Assembly (NCBI GenBank): GCA_038861545.1
Contig: JAWCCZ010000001.1
Coordinates: forward strand, 64,001-128,000
Length of the DNA stretch: 64,000 bases
Direction: 5' to 3'
From: Thermofilaceae archaeon
Lineage (GTDB): Archaea > Thermoproteota > Thermoprotei > Thermofilales > Thermofilaceae
The notes under the pieces are model-generated. The model had not been told where the DNA came from, did no database searches, and saw nothing but the letters and a program-made list of their open reading frames with translations. Below, one piece after another: positions 18,533-29,025 of the stretch (position 1 is the first letter of the stretch; every line of letters begins with the position of its first letter). A program made the position numbers and the translations under genes.

Positions 18533-19636
18533 ATGGGGATCTTAACTGCCTTAATCGTAAAAGACATCAAACAGTTGCTGCGCGATCCACGATCCCTAGT
18601 AATGGTACTTCTGATGCCTATCCTAGTAATGTTCATGTTTGCGGCTGGTTATGGAGAGGAACGAGGAGGCGTTGTACCCGTTGCCGTTGTAAACCTGGAT
18701 GGAGGGGTTGTTTCATGGCAGTTTATTGAAGCTCTTCGTGAAAGTGGTAACTTTCGATTTGTTGGTTTTTCACCCACTAAGGAGGGAGGTGTCGAAATGG
18801 TCAGGAGAGGCGAAGCCTATGCAACTATAATCATACCTCAAGGTTTCAGTAATAGTGTGATCGCAGGCAAGAGTACAAGGCTCGTCATCGTGCTCGACGC
18901 CTCTTACGCTACTGTTTCCGAGATTGTATGGCAAGCAGTGGCGATAGCCGTACAACAGTTCATGAAAGTTGCATCAGAAAAATACTCAACTTTTAACATC
19001 GATGTGATGCGCGAAACAGTATACGGTCCAAAGGTCAGCAACCTGGATACATTTACATCCGTAGTGATGGGAGTTTTGCTGCATTTAGTACCCATGAGTC
19101 TCATTGCGGTTTCCATTAGCAGAGAAAGGGAGCGTAGAACTTTCGAACAGCTTATCATGACTCCAATTACAAGTGCTCATATTGTCATCGGTAAGCTGCT
19201 TGCTTATTCGATAATGACTGTCCTAGATATGCTTATCACACTTAGCTTATCTGTCCTATTACTGGGAGTTAGCGTGCGCGGCCCTCTAATAGACCTCACA
19301 TTAGTTTCACTTTTATTACTGATATGTTCTCTAAGCCTTGGTCTACTTATCTCAGCCGTTTCAAGAAACCAGCTTCAAGCATATCAAGCTTCTATATTCT
19401 TTTTTATACCTTCGATGCTTTTCTCGGGTTTCTTCATGCCGGTCGAACTCCTATCTCCTTTTGCTCAAACGGTTGGAAAGTTTTTACCCATGTATTATTT
19501 TATTCGTGCATTCAAAAGCATCCAACTTAGAGGATGGACCCTCAGAGATGTATCGCAAGATTGCGCAATACTTGCAGGAGAGATGTTTCTCTTTTTAGTG
19601 GCAGCTATCCGAGTATTGAGGTTAAGGGTGGAATAG
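18533..19636 (+). CDS. ABC-2 type exporter permease
   Basis: RERERRTFEQLIMTP...GK, FSGFFMP; about 6 TM helices and an extracellular loop. Confidence 0.92.
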   Translation: MGILTALIVKDIKQLLRDPRSLVMVLLMPILVMFMFAAGYGEERGGVVPVAVVNLDGGVVSWQFIEALRESGNFRFVGFSPTKEGGVEMVRRGEAYATIIIPQGFSNSVIAGKSTRLVIVLDASYATVSEIVWQAVAIAVQQFMKVASEKYSTFNIDVMRETVYGPKVSNLDTFTSVVMGVLLHLVPMSLIAVSISRERERRTFEQLIMTPITSAHIVIGKLLAYSIMTVLDMLITLSLSVLLLGVSVRGPLIDLTLVSLLLLICSLSLGLLISAVSRNQLQAYQASIFFFIPSMLFSGFFMPVELLSPFAQTVGKFLPMYYFIRAFKSIQLRGWTLRDVSQDCAILAGEMFLFLVAAIRVLRLRVE

Positions 19637-19637
19637 T

Positions 19638-22157
19638 ATGCAACTAAGATGCCTTTTTACCTTTGGAGGATTAGTTACTTTACTGCTCTTAATAGCAATC
19701 TCCATAGCACAGCCCAGTTTCGAGCTGTACGACGCTTACTGGCTCTACCAACCAGTCGCCGGCTCGCATAATACTTTGCTTGTAAGGGTAAGATACCTTG
19801 GCGCAGGATCAACATTAACTGTCAACGCCAGGTTGATAATTCATGGTGTAGCTGGAGTTGACCTTCAAGCAGAGAGCAACTATACGGGTTACATCGCCTC
19901 AGGTGCTGTCGTGGACTTGGAGTTTAACTTTAACATACCTGAAGGTGCTAGAGCGTCCTACTATCCCGCTACACTCGTTCTTGAAGCTGACGGGAGCTCT
20001 AGCAGTGTAGATTTTCAAGTCGGTTTTTATGGAGAGCCTAGCTTTGAAGTATCTACCAGCTCAACCTCTCTAAGGAAAGGAGAAGTAAACGACGTAACTA
20101 TTTCCTTAACTGTTAAAGAGACACCGGCTCGAAGTGTAGAAGTAAGAGTAACGCCGGCGAGCGCTTTTATCACTGTTATCGGAGGTTCTCTGAGTAGAGG
20201 CGGTCTAATTGAGGTTGACGAACGACTTGATTTGCAGTTGAAAGCAATCGTCGATAACTCAGCTGGCGACTCCGTAGGCCTGACAGTAACCATAACCTGT
20301 TACGATTACGCTCAAAGGCCGCTTTCTCAAACCATATCACTCGGCTTTCGTGTTGTAAAGGGCCGAGGCTACCCGTATTTTGCCGGAGTTGCTATACCCT
20401 CGAAAATTTTTTCAGGTCGTCAGTCCACGGTAACCGTGAGGGTAAGTAACATAGGCTCAGCAAATGCCTTCGAGGTAAGAGCAACACTGAGTTCGTTGTC
20501 GCCTGGAGTAGCTATAGTATCGGGATCCACTGCCTCGCTTGGGGATATTCCTCCAGGCATCTCTCGATCCTTTACAGCGATTATGCGTGTAGATAGAACA
20601 GTTACTGGGACGGCATCTATCCAGCTAGTTATAAGTTACACCGATGAGACAGGAAGCAGAGGGGCACAAACCTTGGATTTAGGGCTTGAAGTCGCACGTG
20701 GAGGAAGCCCTCTTTTAGCGGTGTATATCCTAAATGAAAGCCTTCCAATAGGTCTTCAATCCAATCTTGCCTTCAAGATCGTAAATATCGGCGACGTTGC
20801 GGCTGTAGATCCAATGTTGGATTTGGTCTCCAGCACGGAAGTCTATGTACTTAAGTCATCTAAAGTTAAGTTGAGCCGTATTGAACCAGGTAAGACGGTA
20901 AATGCTACCTTTACTGTTCGATTGCTCACACTCAGGGATGCAGTTACACTTACGCTTAGGTTAAGGTATTATGATGACGCCGGCTATGAATATAACGATA
21001 TTATCCAAACTTCGATCAATATCTCTCAACGCAACCCACTTGTGACTATAGCTTCTCTTAACCAAACGTTGAGCCCTAACAGGGTAAGCCGAGTAACTCT
21101 ACAAGTAGAGAACATCGGATCTTCGGTAGCACGTAATGTCTCAATTACGTTAACTTCTCAAAGCCCTGAGTTAGGAGCAGTAATAGGTTCCTCATCAAAG
21201 TATTTAGGCGAGGTCAAAGTTGGAGAGCGTAAACTAGTTGCATATGAAATATTTGTTCAACCTCAAGTTTACGGTGCAGCTCAGTTTATAGCGGCCATTG
21301 AATACAGTGGGGATGATGGACAGACTCGTAGGAATGTGCTTACCTTAGGCTTTGAGATAAAGGGTGAATGGGAACTGAGCGTTGCCTCAGTAGTCACTAT
21401 ACCACAGGCGATATTCCCTGGGGATAAAATGGTGCGGCTTATGATTACTTTAGTTAACTCTGGTGATTACATGGCTAGGGATGTTAGGCTCCACCTGCTT
21501 GGGAGCGAATGGGTGAAACCGAGTTCAGCTACAGGGGCTGAGGCATTAATTCCGTACTTGCCTGTGGGTCAGCCAGTGACCCTAACTTTCCTGGCTGATG
21601 TGAACGAATGGGCCGAGCCCGGTAACCACGAGCTAGTACTCAACGCGTCAGGTCACTACTTGCGATTTACTCTAACTATACTTGAAAAAGCGAGATTCAT
21701 TGTAAGAAACGTATCAAGTGTGGAAGTCGAGCGAGGGGGTAAAGGATATAAGATTGTTTATGAGGTCGAGAACTCAGCTGAGACTAGTGCCGAGGACGTT
21801 CGAGTAGAGCTATTTTCCCCTCTACTTACCGGTTCCACTAGCACCTACCTTGGTACAGTATCCTCTCACGAAAAGAAGATTATAGTGTTTGAGGTTAACG
21901 TGGATCAGAACGCTCCAACTGGTCCCCTTGCTGCAGAGTTAAAGATTAGCTGGACCCAAGAGGCTAGAGGGTTATCACAGTACATAAAGACAATAATTTT
22001 TGTTAAAGAGCCTAAAGGCTTAAACCTAATATTAATAGTTCCGATAGCTGTCGCAGTAGTAGTAAGCGTACTGCTATTTCGCGAGCGCGAAATAGTTAAA
22101 TTTTACATCAATAAAATTATTAAAAAGAACCAGCAAGCTGATAAACCCTCTACTTAA
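19638..22157 (+). CDS. secreted, membrane-anchored S-layer-domain (COG1361-like) protein with Ig/CARDB-like repeats
   Basis: Signal peptide, repeated NxGxxxAxxV...lG.I.PG units, C-terminal TM with basic tail. Confidence 0.8.
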   Translation: MQLRCLFTFGGLVTLLLLIAISIAQPSFELYDAYWLYQPVAGSHNTLLVRVRYLGAGSTLTVNARLIIHGVAGVDLQAESNYTGYIASGAVVDLEFNFNIPEGARASYYPATLVLEADGSSSSVDFQVGFYGEPSFEVSTSSTSLRKGEVNDVTISLTVKETPARSVEVRVTPASAFITVIGGSLSRGGLIEVDERLDLQLKAIVDNSAGDSVGLTVTITCYDYAQRPLSQTISLGFRVVKGRGYPYFAGVAIPSKIFSGRQSTVTVRVSNIGSANAFEVRATLSSLSPGVAIVSGSTASLGDIPPGISRSFTAIMRVDRTVTGTASIQLVISYTDETGSRGAQTLDLGLEVARGGSPLLAVYILNESLPIGLQSNLAFKIVNIGDVAAVDPMLDLVSSTEVYVLKSSKVKLSRIEPGKTVNATFTVRLLTLRDAVTLTLRLRYYDDAGYEYNDIIQTSINISQRNPLVTIASLNQTLSPNRVSRVTLQVENIGSSVARNVSITLTSQSPELGAVIGSSSKYLGEVKVGERKLVAYEIFVQPQVYGAAQFIAAIEYSGDDGQTRRNVLTLGFEIKGEWELSVASVVTIPQAIFPGDKMVRLMITLVNSGDYMARDVRLHLLGSEWVKPSSATGAEALIPYLPVGQPVTLTFLADVNEWAEPGNHELVLNASGHYLRFTLTILEKARFIVRNVSSVEVERGGKGYKIVYEVENSAETSAEDVRVELFSPLLTGSTSTYLGTVSSHEKKIIVFEVNVDQNAPTGPLAAELKISWTQEARGLSQYIKTIIFVKEPKGLNLILIVPIAVAVVVSVLLFREREIVKFYINKIIKKNQQADKPST

Positions 22158-22167
22158 GCTTGTAACT

Positions 22168-22947
22168 GTGAGCGTTCCCATAACTCATAAGCACACATTA
22201 TATTTAATCATTATTGGTCCGGCAGGTAGCGGTAAAAGCACGCTAGTAAGTGTTTTCGGTGAGTGGCTTACAAGGAATCAAGGGATTAGTGTAAGTTATG
22301 TGAATCTTGATCCAGGAGCTGAATATGTTCCATACAAACCGGATATTGATGTACGTTATTTTGTGAGAGTGGAGGATTTGATGAGAAAACGAGGACTTGG
22401 ACCAAATGGAGCTCTCATAGCCAGCATGGAAGATTTACTCTTAAGGAGGATCGAAGTATTCAAAAGAATAGATAAATTAGACTCAGATTTCGTACTCATA
22501 GATACGCCCGGTCAAATGGAACTTTTTCTTCTTCATGAGGTAGGTCCAAGTTTCTCGCAAGAGTTTGCAAAACGAGGTGCTACGTGTACGTTAATGTTGT
22601 TTGATGCCGCTCTTGCTAACAAACCATCTCACGTGGTTATACTGAAAACTATAGGGTTAGCGGCTCAGCTTCGGTTGGGTTTGCCGACCATAATAGCACT
22701 TAATAAAAGTGATCTAAGCTCAGCTTCGCGTGCAAGCGTATGGCTTAAGGAGCCGGAGTATCTTCAGGAGGATCTCCTTGATGAGCCAGGAGTGTTTTCT
22801 GACCTTGCCAGTCACTTAGCTTCTTTACTTGAAAAGTTTAGCTTTGCAAAGAGAATTCCTGCAGTGTCGGCTACTAAGGGTGAGGGACTCGAGATGATTT
22901 ACGATTTAGTCCATGAGATTTGGTGCGCTTGCGGAGACTTAACTTAA
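22168..22947 (+). CDS. GPN-loop GTPase
   Basis: GPAGSGKS, NLDPG, GLGPNG, DTPGQME, NKSD. Confidence 0.93.
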   Translation: MSVPITHKHTLYLIIIGPAGSGKSTLVSVFGEWLTRNQGISVSYVNLDPGAEYVPYKPDIDVRYFVRVEDLMRKRGLGPNGALIASMEDLLLRRIEVFKRIDKLDSDFVLIDTPGQMELFLLHEVGPSFSQEFAKRGATCTLMLFDAALANKPSHVVILKTIGLAAQLRLGLPTIIALNKSDLSSASRASVWLKEPEYLQEDLLDEPGVFSDLASHLASLLEKFSFAKRIPAVSATKGEGLEMIYDLVHEIWCACGDLT

Positions 22948-23057
22948 CTTGGTAATTCCCAATTTTGATTTTAGTTACTTTAATTCTTCCTTTTTTAAAA
23001 TTAAATGGTTATATAGGCAAACCTTTTAAAGAGAGGATTTCCGCGTAGAGGGGTTAT

Positions 23058-25268
23058 ATGTCATCTCAAAACGATAACGCTATTACACTATACCCCGTCC
23101 TTGAGGAGCTGCCGTCACTTGTCAAGGAGTTGCTTGAAAACGGCGAGGAGGTAATAGCAATAGCTCGAACAGATCTAATGGGCAGTGATTACGGTGAGGA
23201 ATTGATCGTACTGACTAACAGAAGGGTAATGGCGGTAGCTGAGGGTCGCAAGCCGCGTGCAATACCCTTAGCCAAAGTCACAGCTGCTGCTATAAGGGGT
23301 TACATTAATAGTTGCGTCCTGGTTATTGATACAGACGAAGGGTCTAGTAGCTTCGCCGTCTTCACGAGAGCGCGGCTTGAAGCCTTTGAGAAATTCGTTA
23401 CACTGACTAATAACATGGTTATTGGAGGGGGACAGTATCAATTAATGAGGCAAGTCTTAGATAGAATAAAAAGAGTGAGCGTCAATAGAAGCGGAAGAAC
23501 TGTTCTAGTAAGGTTGCTCGGTTTATTAAGGCCAGTTATGTTACTTCTCATTTCATCTATACTAGTCGCAGTTGTCATACGTTTACTGAACATGGTTCCC
23601 CCCTATCTTATGAAATCCCTTATTGACGAAGTGCTTTTAAATAAACAGTCTAGCCAGTTATTCTACATCATAATAGGTTTGCTAGCCGTCAACTTGATAA
23701 ACACAGGTTTAGGAACAGTTAATGCATATCTCAATACAAAATTTAACGTTGTTATAGCTAATACATTGAGATCTAAGATCTATTCTAAGTTACACGAACT
23801 CTCGCTCTCGCACTACGATCAATTCGGTAGCGGTGGACTCTGGTCGAGAATCATGGATGATGTAGGTCGCGTACAATGGGCGATGCAAGCATCCTTCCGT
23901 GATCTTTTTATTAACGCTGCAACGGTAGCGTTCATTGGCTTTACCCTAGTTACTTTAAACATTCAATTGACTTTAATTGTATTACTGCCAATTCCTGTGT
24001 CAGTGACTGCTACCACAATTTATCGCAGGTTATCTAGCAGATATTATCAACGCATGTGGCGAAGGTGGTCTAGAATAGTCTCTGTTATCTCAGATACGAT
24101 AAATGCCGTGATACTTGTAAGAAGCTACGGCAAGGAGAGCTCCTTTAAGGATTCATTCGAAAGGTACCAGGAAGAGTTCGAGAAAGCTCAGATGGATGTT
24201 TTCAAATTTGAGCAGCAGATATGGCCTGCCTCCGGGCTCGCCTTTACAGCTAGTAGTCTCCTTGTCTGGTGGATAGGAGGTAACCAAGTGCTTCAGGGAG
24301 TTATCAGCTTAGGTACGCTGACGGCGTTCACCAGCTATATGTGGATGTTCTATAGCCCAGTTTTCGGCCTCATAGATAACATAAAGAATCTTCAGATTCT
24401 CAGCATGTCAGCTAGCAGGATCTTTGACATATTAGATCTCGAGCCAGATATAATAGTTGCCCCGGAAGCCAAGGACGTTGAAATAAGAGGAGATGTAGCG
24501 TTCAACAACGTCTGGTTTACGTACGATGGTATTCATTATGCGCTCAGAGGGGTGGATGTCAAGATCAAGCCAGGTGAAAGAGTAGGCTTGGTGGGACCAA
24601 GCGGATCCGGTAAAACAACCCTAGCTAAGCTTCTACTGAGGCTTTATGAGCCACAGCTTGGCTCTATTACGTATGATGGCGTTGACGCTAAAGAAGTTAC
24701 ATTAGATTCGTTAAAGAGGCAAGTAGCTGTTGTTTTACAGAACCCGGTTCTCTTAGATACGACTATAACTGAAAACATATCTTTAGGCAAGAACAGAGTT
24801 GAACCAGAGGAGATAATTTACGCGGCAAAGCTTGCTCGAGCGCACGACTTTATCATGCGTTTTCCTGAAGCCTATGATTTTGAGGTAGGAATGCAAGGGT
24901 CAAGGCTTTCGGGAGGCGAGAGGGCTAGGGTTGCGTTAGCAGCTGCATTGCTAAAGAATCCTAAAGTACTGATACTGGATGAACCAACCGCAGCGCTTGA
25001 TGCATTAACAGAGGATGAAGTTACTGAGGAGCTTGAGAGGCTTACTAGAGGGAAAACCACGATTATCATAGCACACAGGCTGTCTACCTTAAGATTTGTG
25101 GATAGAATTATTGTAATGGATAAAGGAATAATAGTTGAAGAAGGTTCGCATGAAGAGTTGCTTAGGCATGACGGGCTATATAAAAAGTTATGGGAAGCCC
25201 AACTTAAAGGTTTAACTAGGATGAGTCAAGCTGAGGTGAATGAGCTCTATGCTGCACAAAGAGCTTAA
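23058..25268 (+). CDS. ABC exporter (fused TMD+NBD) with an N-terminal PH-like extension
   Basis: LIVLTNRRV in the N-domain, 6 TM, GPSGSGKTT, LSGGE, LDEPT, IAHRLST. Confidence 0.9.
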   Translation: MSSQNDNAITLYPVLEELPSLVKELLENGEEVIAIARTDLMGSDYGEELIVLTNRRVMAVAEGRKPRAIPLAKVTAAAIRGYINSCVLVIDTDEGSSSFAVFTRARLEAFEKFVTLTNNMVIGGGQYQLMRQVLDRIKRVSVNRSGRTVLVRLLGLLRPVMLLLISSILVAVVIRLLNMVPPYLMKSLIDEVLLNKQSSQLFYIIIGLLAVNLINTGLGTVNAYLNTKFNVVIANTLRSKIYSKLHELSLSHYDQFGSGGLWSRIMDDVGRVQWAMQASFRDLFINAATVAFIGFTLVTLNIQLTLIVLLPIPVSVTATTIYRRLSSRYYQRMWRRWSRIVSVISDTINAVILVRSYGKESSFKDSFERYQEEFEKAQMDVFKFEQQIWPASGLAFTASSLLVWWIGGNQVLQGVISLGTLTAFTSYMWMFYSPVFGLIDNIKNLQILSMSASRIFDILDLEPDIIVAPEAKDVEIRGDVAFNNVWFTYDGIHYALRGVDVKIKPGERVGLVGPSGSGKTTLAKLLLRLYEPQLGSITYDGVDAKEVTLDSLKRQVAVVLQNPVLLDTTITENISLGKNRVEPEEIIYAAKLARAHDFIMRFPEAYDFEVGMQGSRLSGGERARVALAAALLKNPKVLILDEPTAALDALTEDEVTEELERLTRGKTTIIIAHRLSTLRFVDRIIVMDKGIIVEEGSHEELLRHDGLYKKLWEAQLKGLTRMSQAEVNELYAAQRA

Positions 25269-25731
25269 AGTCCTAGATCCTAAGAATATGCGCGTCATTG
25301 CAGCATACTTAGATGAAGTTAATATAGAGATCAACGGCCAGCTGATACAGGGAGTGAGACCACGTAAACCTTTTCCATATTCACACCCTGAGATCGTAAT
25401 TTTCTATAAAGGTAACGAAGAGATCGGTATTTTGAGAGACTACAGGATGCTAGACGACGAGTCAAAAAGCACGCTGGAGAAGGCTTTAAAGGTAGTGTAC
25501 TTCATGCCAGAGATCAAAAAAGTTCTAAATATACGCTGGGCTCAAGGGAGGTACGAGTGGTGTGTTGTCACCGATAAAGGTGAGGAAAAGTTCGAGACAT
25601 GGAGCAGATGCGTTCGAGTCCTTTTGGATGGCAGGCTAGTCGTAAAGGATATCTATAGCCGAGCATATATTGTCGAGCATCCAGAGAAGCTCGATGCCAA
25701 AAGTAAGGCGCTATTGACGATGATGATCTAA
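25240..25731 (+). CDS. DUF1854-like protein
   Basis: RKPFPYSHP, EIG, YFMPEI, WCVVTDKG and LDAKS pattern; overlaps the end of the ABC exporter. Confidence 0.72.
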   Translation: MSSMLHKELKVLDPKNMRVIAAYLDEVNIEINGQLIQGVRPRKPFPYSHPEIVIFYKGNEEIGILRDYRMLDDESKSTLEKALKVVYFMPEIKKVLNIRWAQGRYEWCVVTDKGEEKFETWSRCVRVLLDGRLVVKDIYSRAYIVEHPEKLDAKSKALLTMMI

Positions 25732-25746
25732 TGCTCAAGAGAAATT

Positions 25747-26256
25747 TTACATACTTGATATGATTTTCCAAATTTTGTCTCCTGCATAATGTAAGTTGCG
25801 GATAACTCTGCCTTTCTTCATATTTTCCAGTTCCTCGCTGCTCACGAGTGCCTGACCAACAGCGAAAACTCTCTGCTGGTTTACGTCAGCGATGTAAACT
25901 AAGTCATTCTTGCCGAATGCATCATGATCAACTATTCCTGGCGCCATTACATCAGCACCATTTAATATATGTGGAACCGCACCCATATCCACCACGACCA
26001 TAGGCAGCTTAAGAGACAGCTTAATAGCGGCCATTAAAGTGGGGTAAGTAATTTTCTCTGACAGTACAATTGCGGGTACCTTATCGATTATAACCAGCTC
26101 CAAACCTATGTCTCTTAACCGAGCTATTTCAACCGTTGTTGCAGCTTGAAGAAGTTCTGCGCCTGCAGAGAACTGAGATCTGAGAAGCTCAACCAGTCTC
26201 TTTCTTTCACTTTTACTTAACTGGTGGTGCGTGCTAAAGAAGCTATAGTTACTCAT
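25747..26256 (-). CDS. PUA-domain RNA-binding protein (DUF1947 / MCT-1-like)
   Basis: VVVDMGAVPHILNGADVMAPGI, LHYAGDKIW. Confidence 0.9.
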   Translation of the reverse strand: MSNYSFFSTHHQLSKSERKRLVELLRSQFSAGAELLQAATTVEIARLRDIGLELVIIDKVPAIVLSEKITYPTLMAAIKLSLKLPMVVVDMGAVPHILNGADVMAPGIVDHDAFGKNDLVYIADVNQQRVFAVGQALVSSEELENMKKGRVIRNLHYAGDKIWKIISSM

Positions 26257-26786
26257 ACTCCCATCACTTTATCGACTTTGTAGTACGATATATTTCCCTC
26301 TTTGTCAACAATCGCAGTTATTAGTTCCCTCCTAGCCTCTAGCGCTCTCCTAATGAAAACTTCAACTTCTTTAAATCCTACTCTCTTCCCCTCTTCCAAG
26401 CAGATTATGAGATAACGCTTTTCACCTTCTTTAGTTTTCTTATCCATAACTATAACTGGCTGCGAACCACTTATGACCTTCGCCTGCAAACCTCTGTTTC
26501 TCAGATCCGAGTACACGAGTAGTTTCATCCAAAAGTCAGGGTCGATTTTAGCCCCGATCGTAACTATTCCTTCAAATGAGATTTTTTCTCCGCTATTATC
26601 AATGATAATCAAATCCCCTCTATCGAGCAAATAAGCAGCCTCACACAAGTTAAGAAGTAAGTTTTCCCCGTCTCTTTCTCCATAACCCTTTCCAGCAAGC
26701 TCTGCGTTATACGGAACCTCTACGTATCTCTCTTTTAAAACCCCTTTAATAGCTTCACGCATCCTCGTTTCCTCTTCTCTTGCCAT
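26253..26786 (-). CDS. endA: tRNA splicing endonuclease, structural (beta) subunit
   Basis: LNLCEAAYL, VYSDLRNRG and AIVDKEGNISYY; catalytic Tyr/His/Lys motifs not evident. Confidence 0.78.
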   Translation of the reverse strand: MAREEETRMREAIKGVLKERYVEVPYNAELAGKGYGERDGENLLLNLCEAAYLLDRGDLIIIDNSGEKISFEGIVTIGAKIDPDFWMKLLVYSDLRNRGLQAKVISGSQPVIVMDKKTKEGEKRYLIICLEEGKRVGFKEVEVFIRRALEARRELITAIVDKEGNISYYKVDKVMGV

Positions 26787-26869
26787 ATCTCCCCAGTGGA
26801 AACTGAGCTTTTTAGTTCGCCGGTCCTAGTCAGCATTAAAATAAATATAACAGGGAGTGTGAATTAATT

Positions 26870-27196
26870 GTGGAAACAGTACCGTTTGAAGAATTTCAGA
26901 AATTGGATCTCCGGATCGGTAAAGTTATCAATGCCGAGCGTCTTCAGAGGACTAAGAAACTCCTCCTACTAAAAGTGGATATTGGTAGGGAAACTATAAA
27001 CCTGGTAGCTGGGCTAGCTGAGCATTATAAGCCAGAGGAACTAATCGGAAAACATATAGTGGTAGTGGCTAATCTTGAGCCAAAGTTTATCGCAGGCTTT
27101 AGGTCAGAAGGCATGTTGCTTGCGGCAGTATTGGATAATAGGCCGGTGCTAATAGTACCTGAGCGTGAAGTACCGCCCGGCACGAAAATATCTTAG
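26870..27196 (+). CDS. tRNA-binding OB-fold protein (Trbp111 / MetRS C-terminal / CsaA-like)
   Basis: FQKLDLRIG, VANLEP, SEGMLLA, PPGTKI. Confidence 0.92.
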   Translation: METVPFEEFQKLDLRIGKVINAERLQRTKKLLLLKVDIGRETINLVAGLAEHYKPEELIGKHIVVVANLEPKFIAGFRSEGMLLAAVLDNRPVLIVPEREVPPGTKIS

Positions 27197-27300
27197 GCTA
27201 CTGTAGTCTCGGTTTTTATCCCAGGTTTTTTGGTTTTAGTTTTATTTATATTTAAGAAAAAATAGTAATTATTTATGTTTTACACTTATGCATGTAAACA

Positions 27301-27534
27301 CTACTCTTCTAGGGATATAGCACCAGTAGGGCAACCCTCGGCAGCTTCTTTAGCTTCACCTACTAGATTATCCGGGATTTCTCCGGTAGATTCATCTTCC
27401 GAGTCAGTTTTCCGGTAAGGTTCCTTTACCCTGCTCTTATAATTCTCTGGGTCTTCTTCGAATACGGAAGTGGCTAGTGCCCAACAAGCGCCACATCCAA
27501 TGCATAATGTTTTATCTACTCTAACTTTAACCAT
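27301..27534 (-). CDS. single-cluster ferredoxin
   Basis: CIGCGAC...CPTGAI. Confidence 0.92.
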   Translation of the reverse strand: MVKVRVDKTLCIGCGACWALATSVFEEDPENYKSRVKEPYRKTDSEDESTGEIPDNLVGEAKEAAEGCPTGAISLEE

Positions 27535-27660
27535 CTTCCCGCCTCCGGCCTCCTTGATTAGTGAAATAAAAAAGTATTTTTCCCGAAATCCTTATCGTAG
27601 AGCTTATCAGTAGGTTGAATAGCGACAGCTACAAATAGCATATAATTTGCAAGGGTGTGC

Positions 27661-29025
27661 GTGAGAAAATATACACAGTTAGCTTACAAAGATGCAAATA
27701 ATATGGTATTCGGAAAGGCCTTACACCCGCTTCGATACGGCCTCGGGTTAAGTGTAGGTGAATGCCGAGTTATTCCTGAACTGAAGTATTGGCCTAACCG
27801 CACTGCGGATGAGTCCGGTAGGCTAGTAGCCGAGTTCGTTTCGATAACGCGCGATGCGTTGGAGAGGGCTATTGATCTAGGTGTTCAGGCGCTACAGCTA
27901 GAGACTGAGCTTAACCATGTAGCTACTCTGAATCCTCGATTGGCAAGGGAGATAGTTGAAGCTCAGAAAGGATTGATGGAAAGCTATCACAAGGAATACG
28001 GCATTGCGCTTGCACTAAGAGTTACAATCGCTGACGTGCGATGGACAAGGGAAGTGAGCAAAGAGGAGGCTTTAACTAGAATGTTAGAAGCATTTGAGGA
28101 GACTGCCGCCGCTGGGGTGGATGTTGTATCAATAGAATCCATTGGAGGTAAGGAAGTCTCAGATTATTCGATAATAAGGAACGATATTAAAGGTATAATC
28201 CTTTCTTTGGGTGTGCTAGCACCTCGTGATGTTGAAAAACTGTGGAAAGAAATCTTCAGCATTACGTCGAAATACGGTGTGCTGGCCGGCGGAGATTCAG
28301 CTTGTGGTTTTTCGAATACTGCAATGAAGCTGGCGGGAGGCTTTAAGCAAAAGATGCTCCCCCATGTTCTAGCGGCTGTGGTGCGGGCGATGAGCGCGGT
28401 AAGAACGCTTAAGGCGTTTGAGGCTGGTGCGCAAGGTCCAGGTAAAGATTGTGCGTACGAGAATGTAATTGTGAAAGCGATTACTGGCTACCCGATGGCA
28501 ATGGAGGGTAAGTCAGCGGCTATAGCCCATTCCAGCTTGGTGGGGAACGTTGCAGCAGCCGCCTGTGATCTATGGAGTAACGAGCAAGTTGAAAACTTGA
28601 AGCTCTTTGGCGGCACAGCCCCTCAGGTTTGCTTAGAGATACTTTACTACGACTGCGAAGTCATGAATGCTGCACTAGAAGCGGGATACGAGGAAAACTA
28701 TAGAGAGCTACTAGTATCCTCGAACGCCTGGCGTGATCCTCAAGCATTAGTTTTAGCGCCGCGATTTGCTTGGGAAATTGCCAAAGCTATTGTAATGGAA
28801 AACGATGACTATAGACGCGTACTGAGTGCTGGGCTCAGGGCAGTGGAGCTGATTAATCGAGAGTGGAAAAGTGGGAAATTAAAGCTAGATAGAAGGGAAG
28901 TAGAATACATACATAAACTTGATCAGGAGTTTAAAAGCTTACCCGATGACGAGGAAACTTTTCTAAGCAATGTTGCTACTCTATACGAAAGCAAAATCAA
29001 AGTTAAACTATCGGATTATCTTTAG
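27661..29025 (+). CDS. mtaB: methanol:corrinoid methyltransferase MtaB family protein
   Basis: IESIGGKE, GDSACGFSNTAM, GPGKDCAYEN, EGKSAAIAHSSLVGN, DLWSNE, YDC. Confidence 0.85.
   Translation: MRKYTQLAYKDANNMVFGKALHPLRYGLGLSVGECRVIPELKYWPNRTADESGRLVAEFVSITRDALERAIDLGVQALQLETELNHVATLNPRLAREIVEAQKGLMESYHKEYGIALALRVTIADVRWTREVSKEEALTRMLEAFEETAAAGVDVVSIESIGGKEVSDYSIIRNDIKGIILSLGVLAPRDVEKLWKEIFSITSKYGVLAGGDSACGFSNTAMKLAGGFKQKMLPHVLAAVVRAMSAVRTLKAFEAGAQGPGKDCAYENVIVKAITGYPMAMEGKSAAIAHSSLVGNVAAAACDLWSNEQVENLKLFGGTAPQVCLEILYYDCEVMNAALEAGYEENYRELLVSSNAWRDPQALVLAPRFAWEIAKAIVMENDDYRRVLSAGLRAVELINREWKSGKLKLDRREVEYIHKLDQEFKSLPDDEETFLSNVATLYESKIKVKLSDYL

Noticed and set aside
26793-26803. ORB-like CCAGTGGAAAC
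   Set aside because: Single copy, no G-string, overlaps the endA ribosome-binding site and is ~10 kb from cdc6
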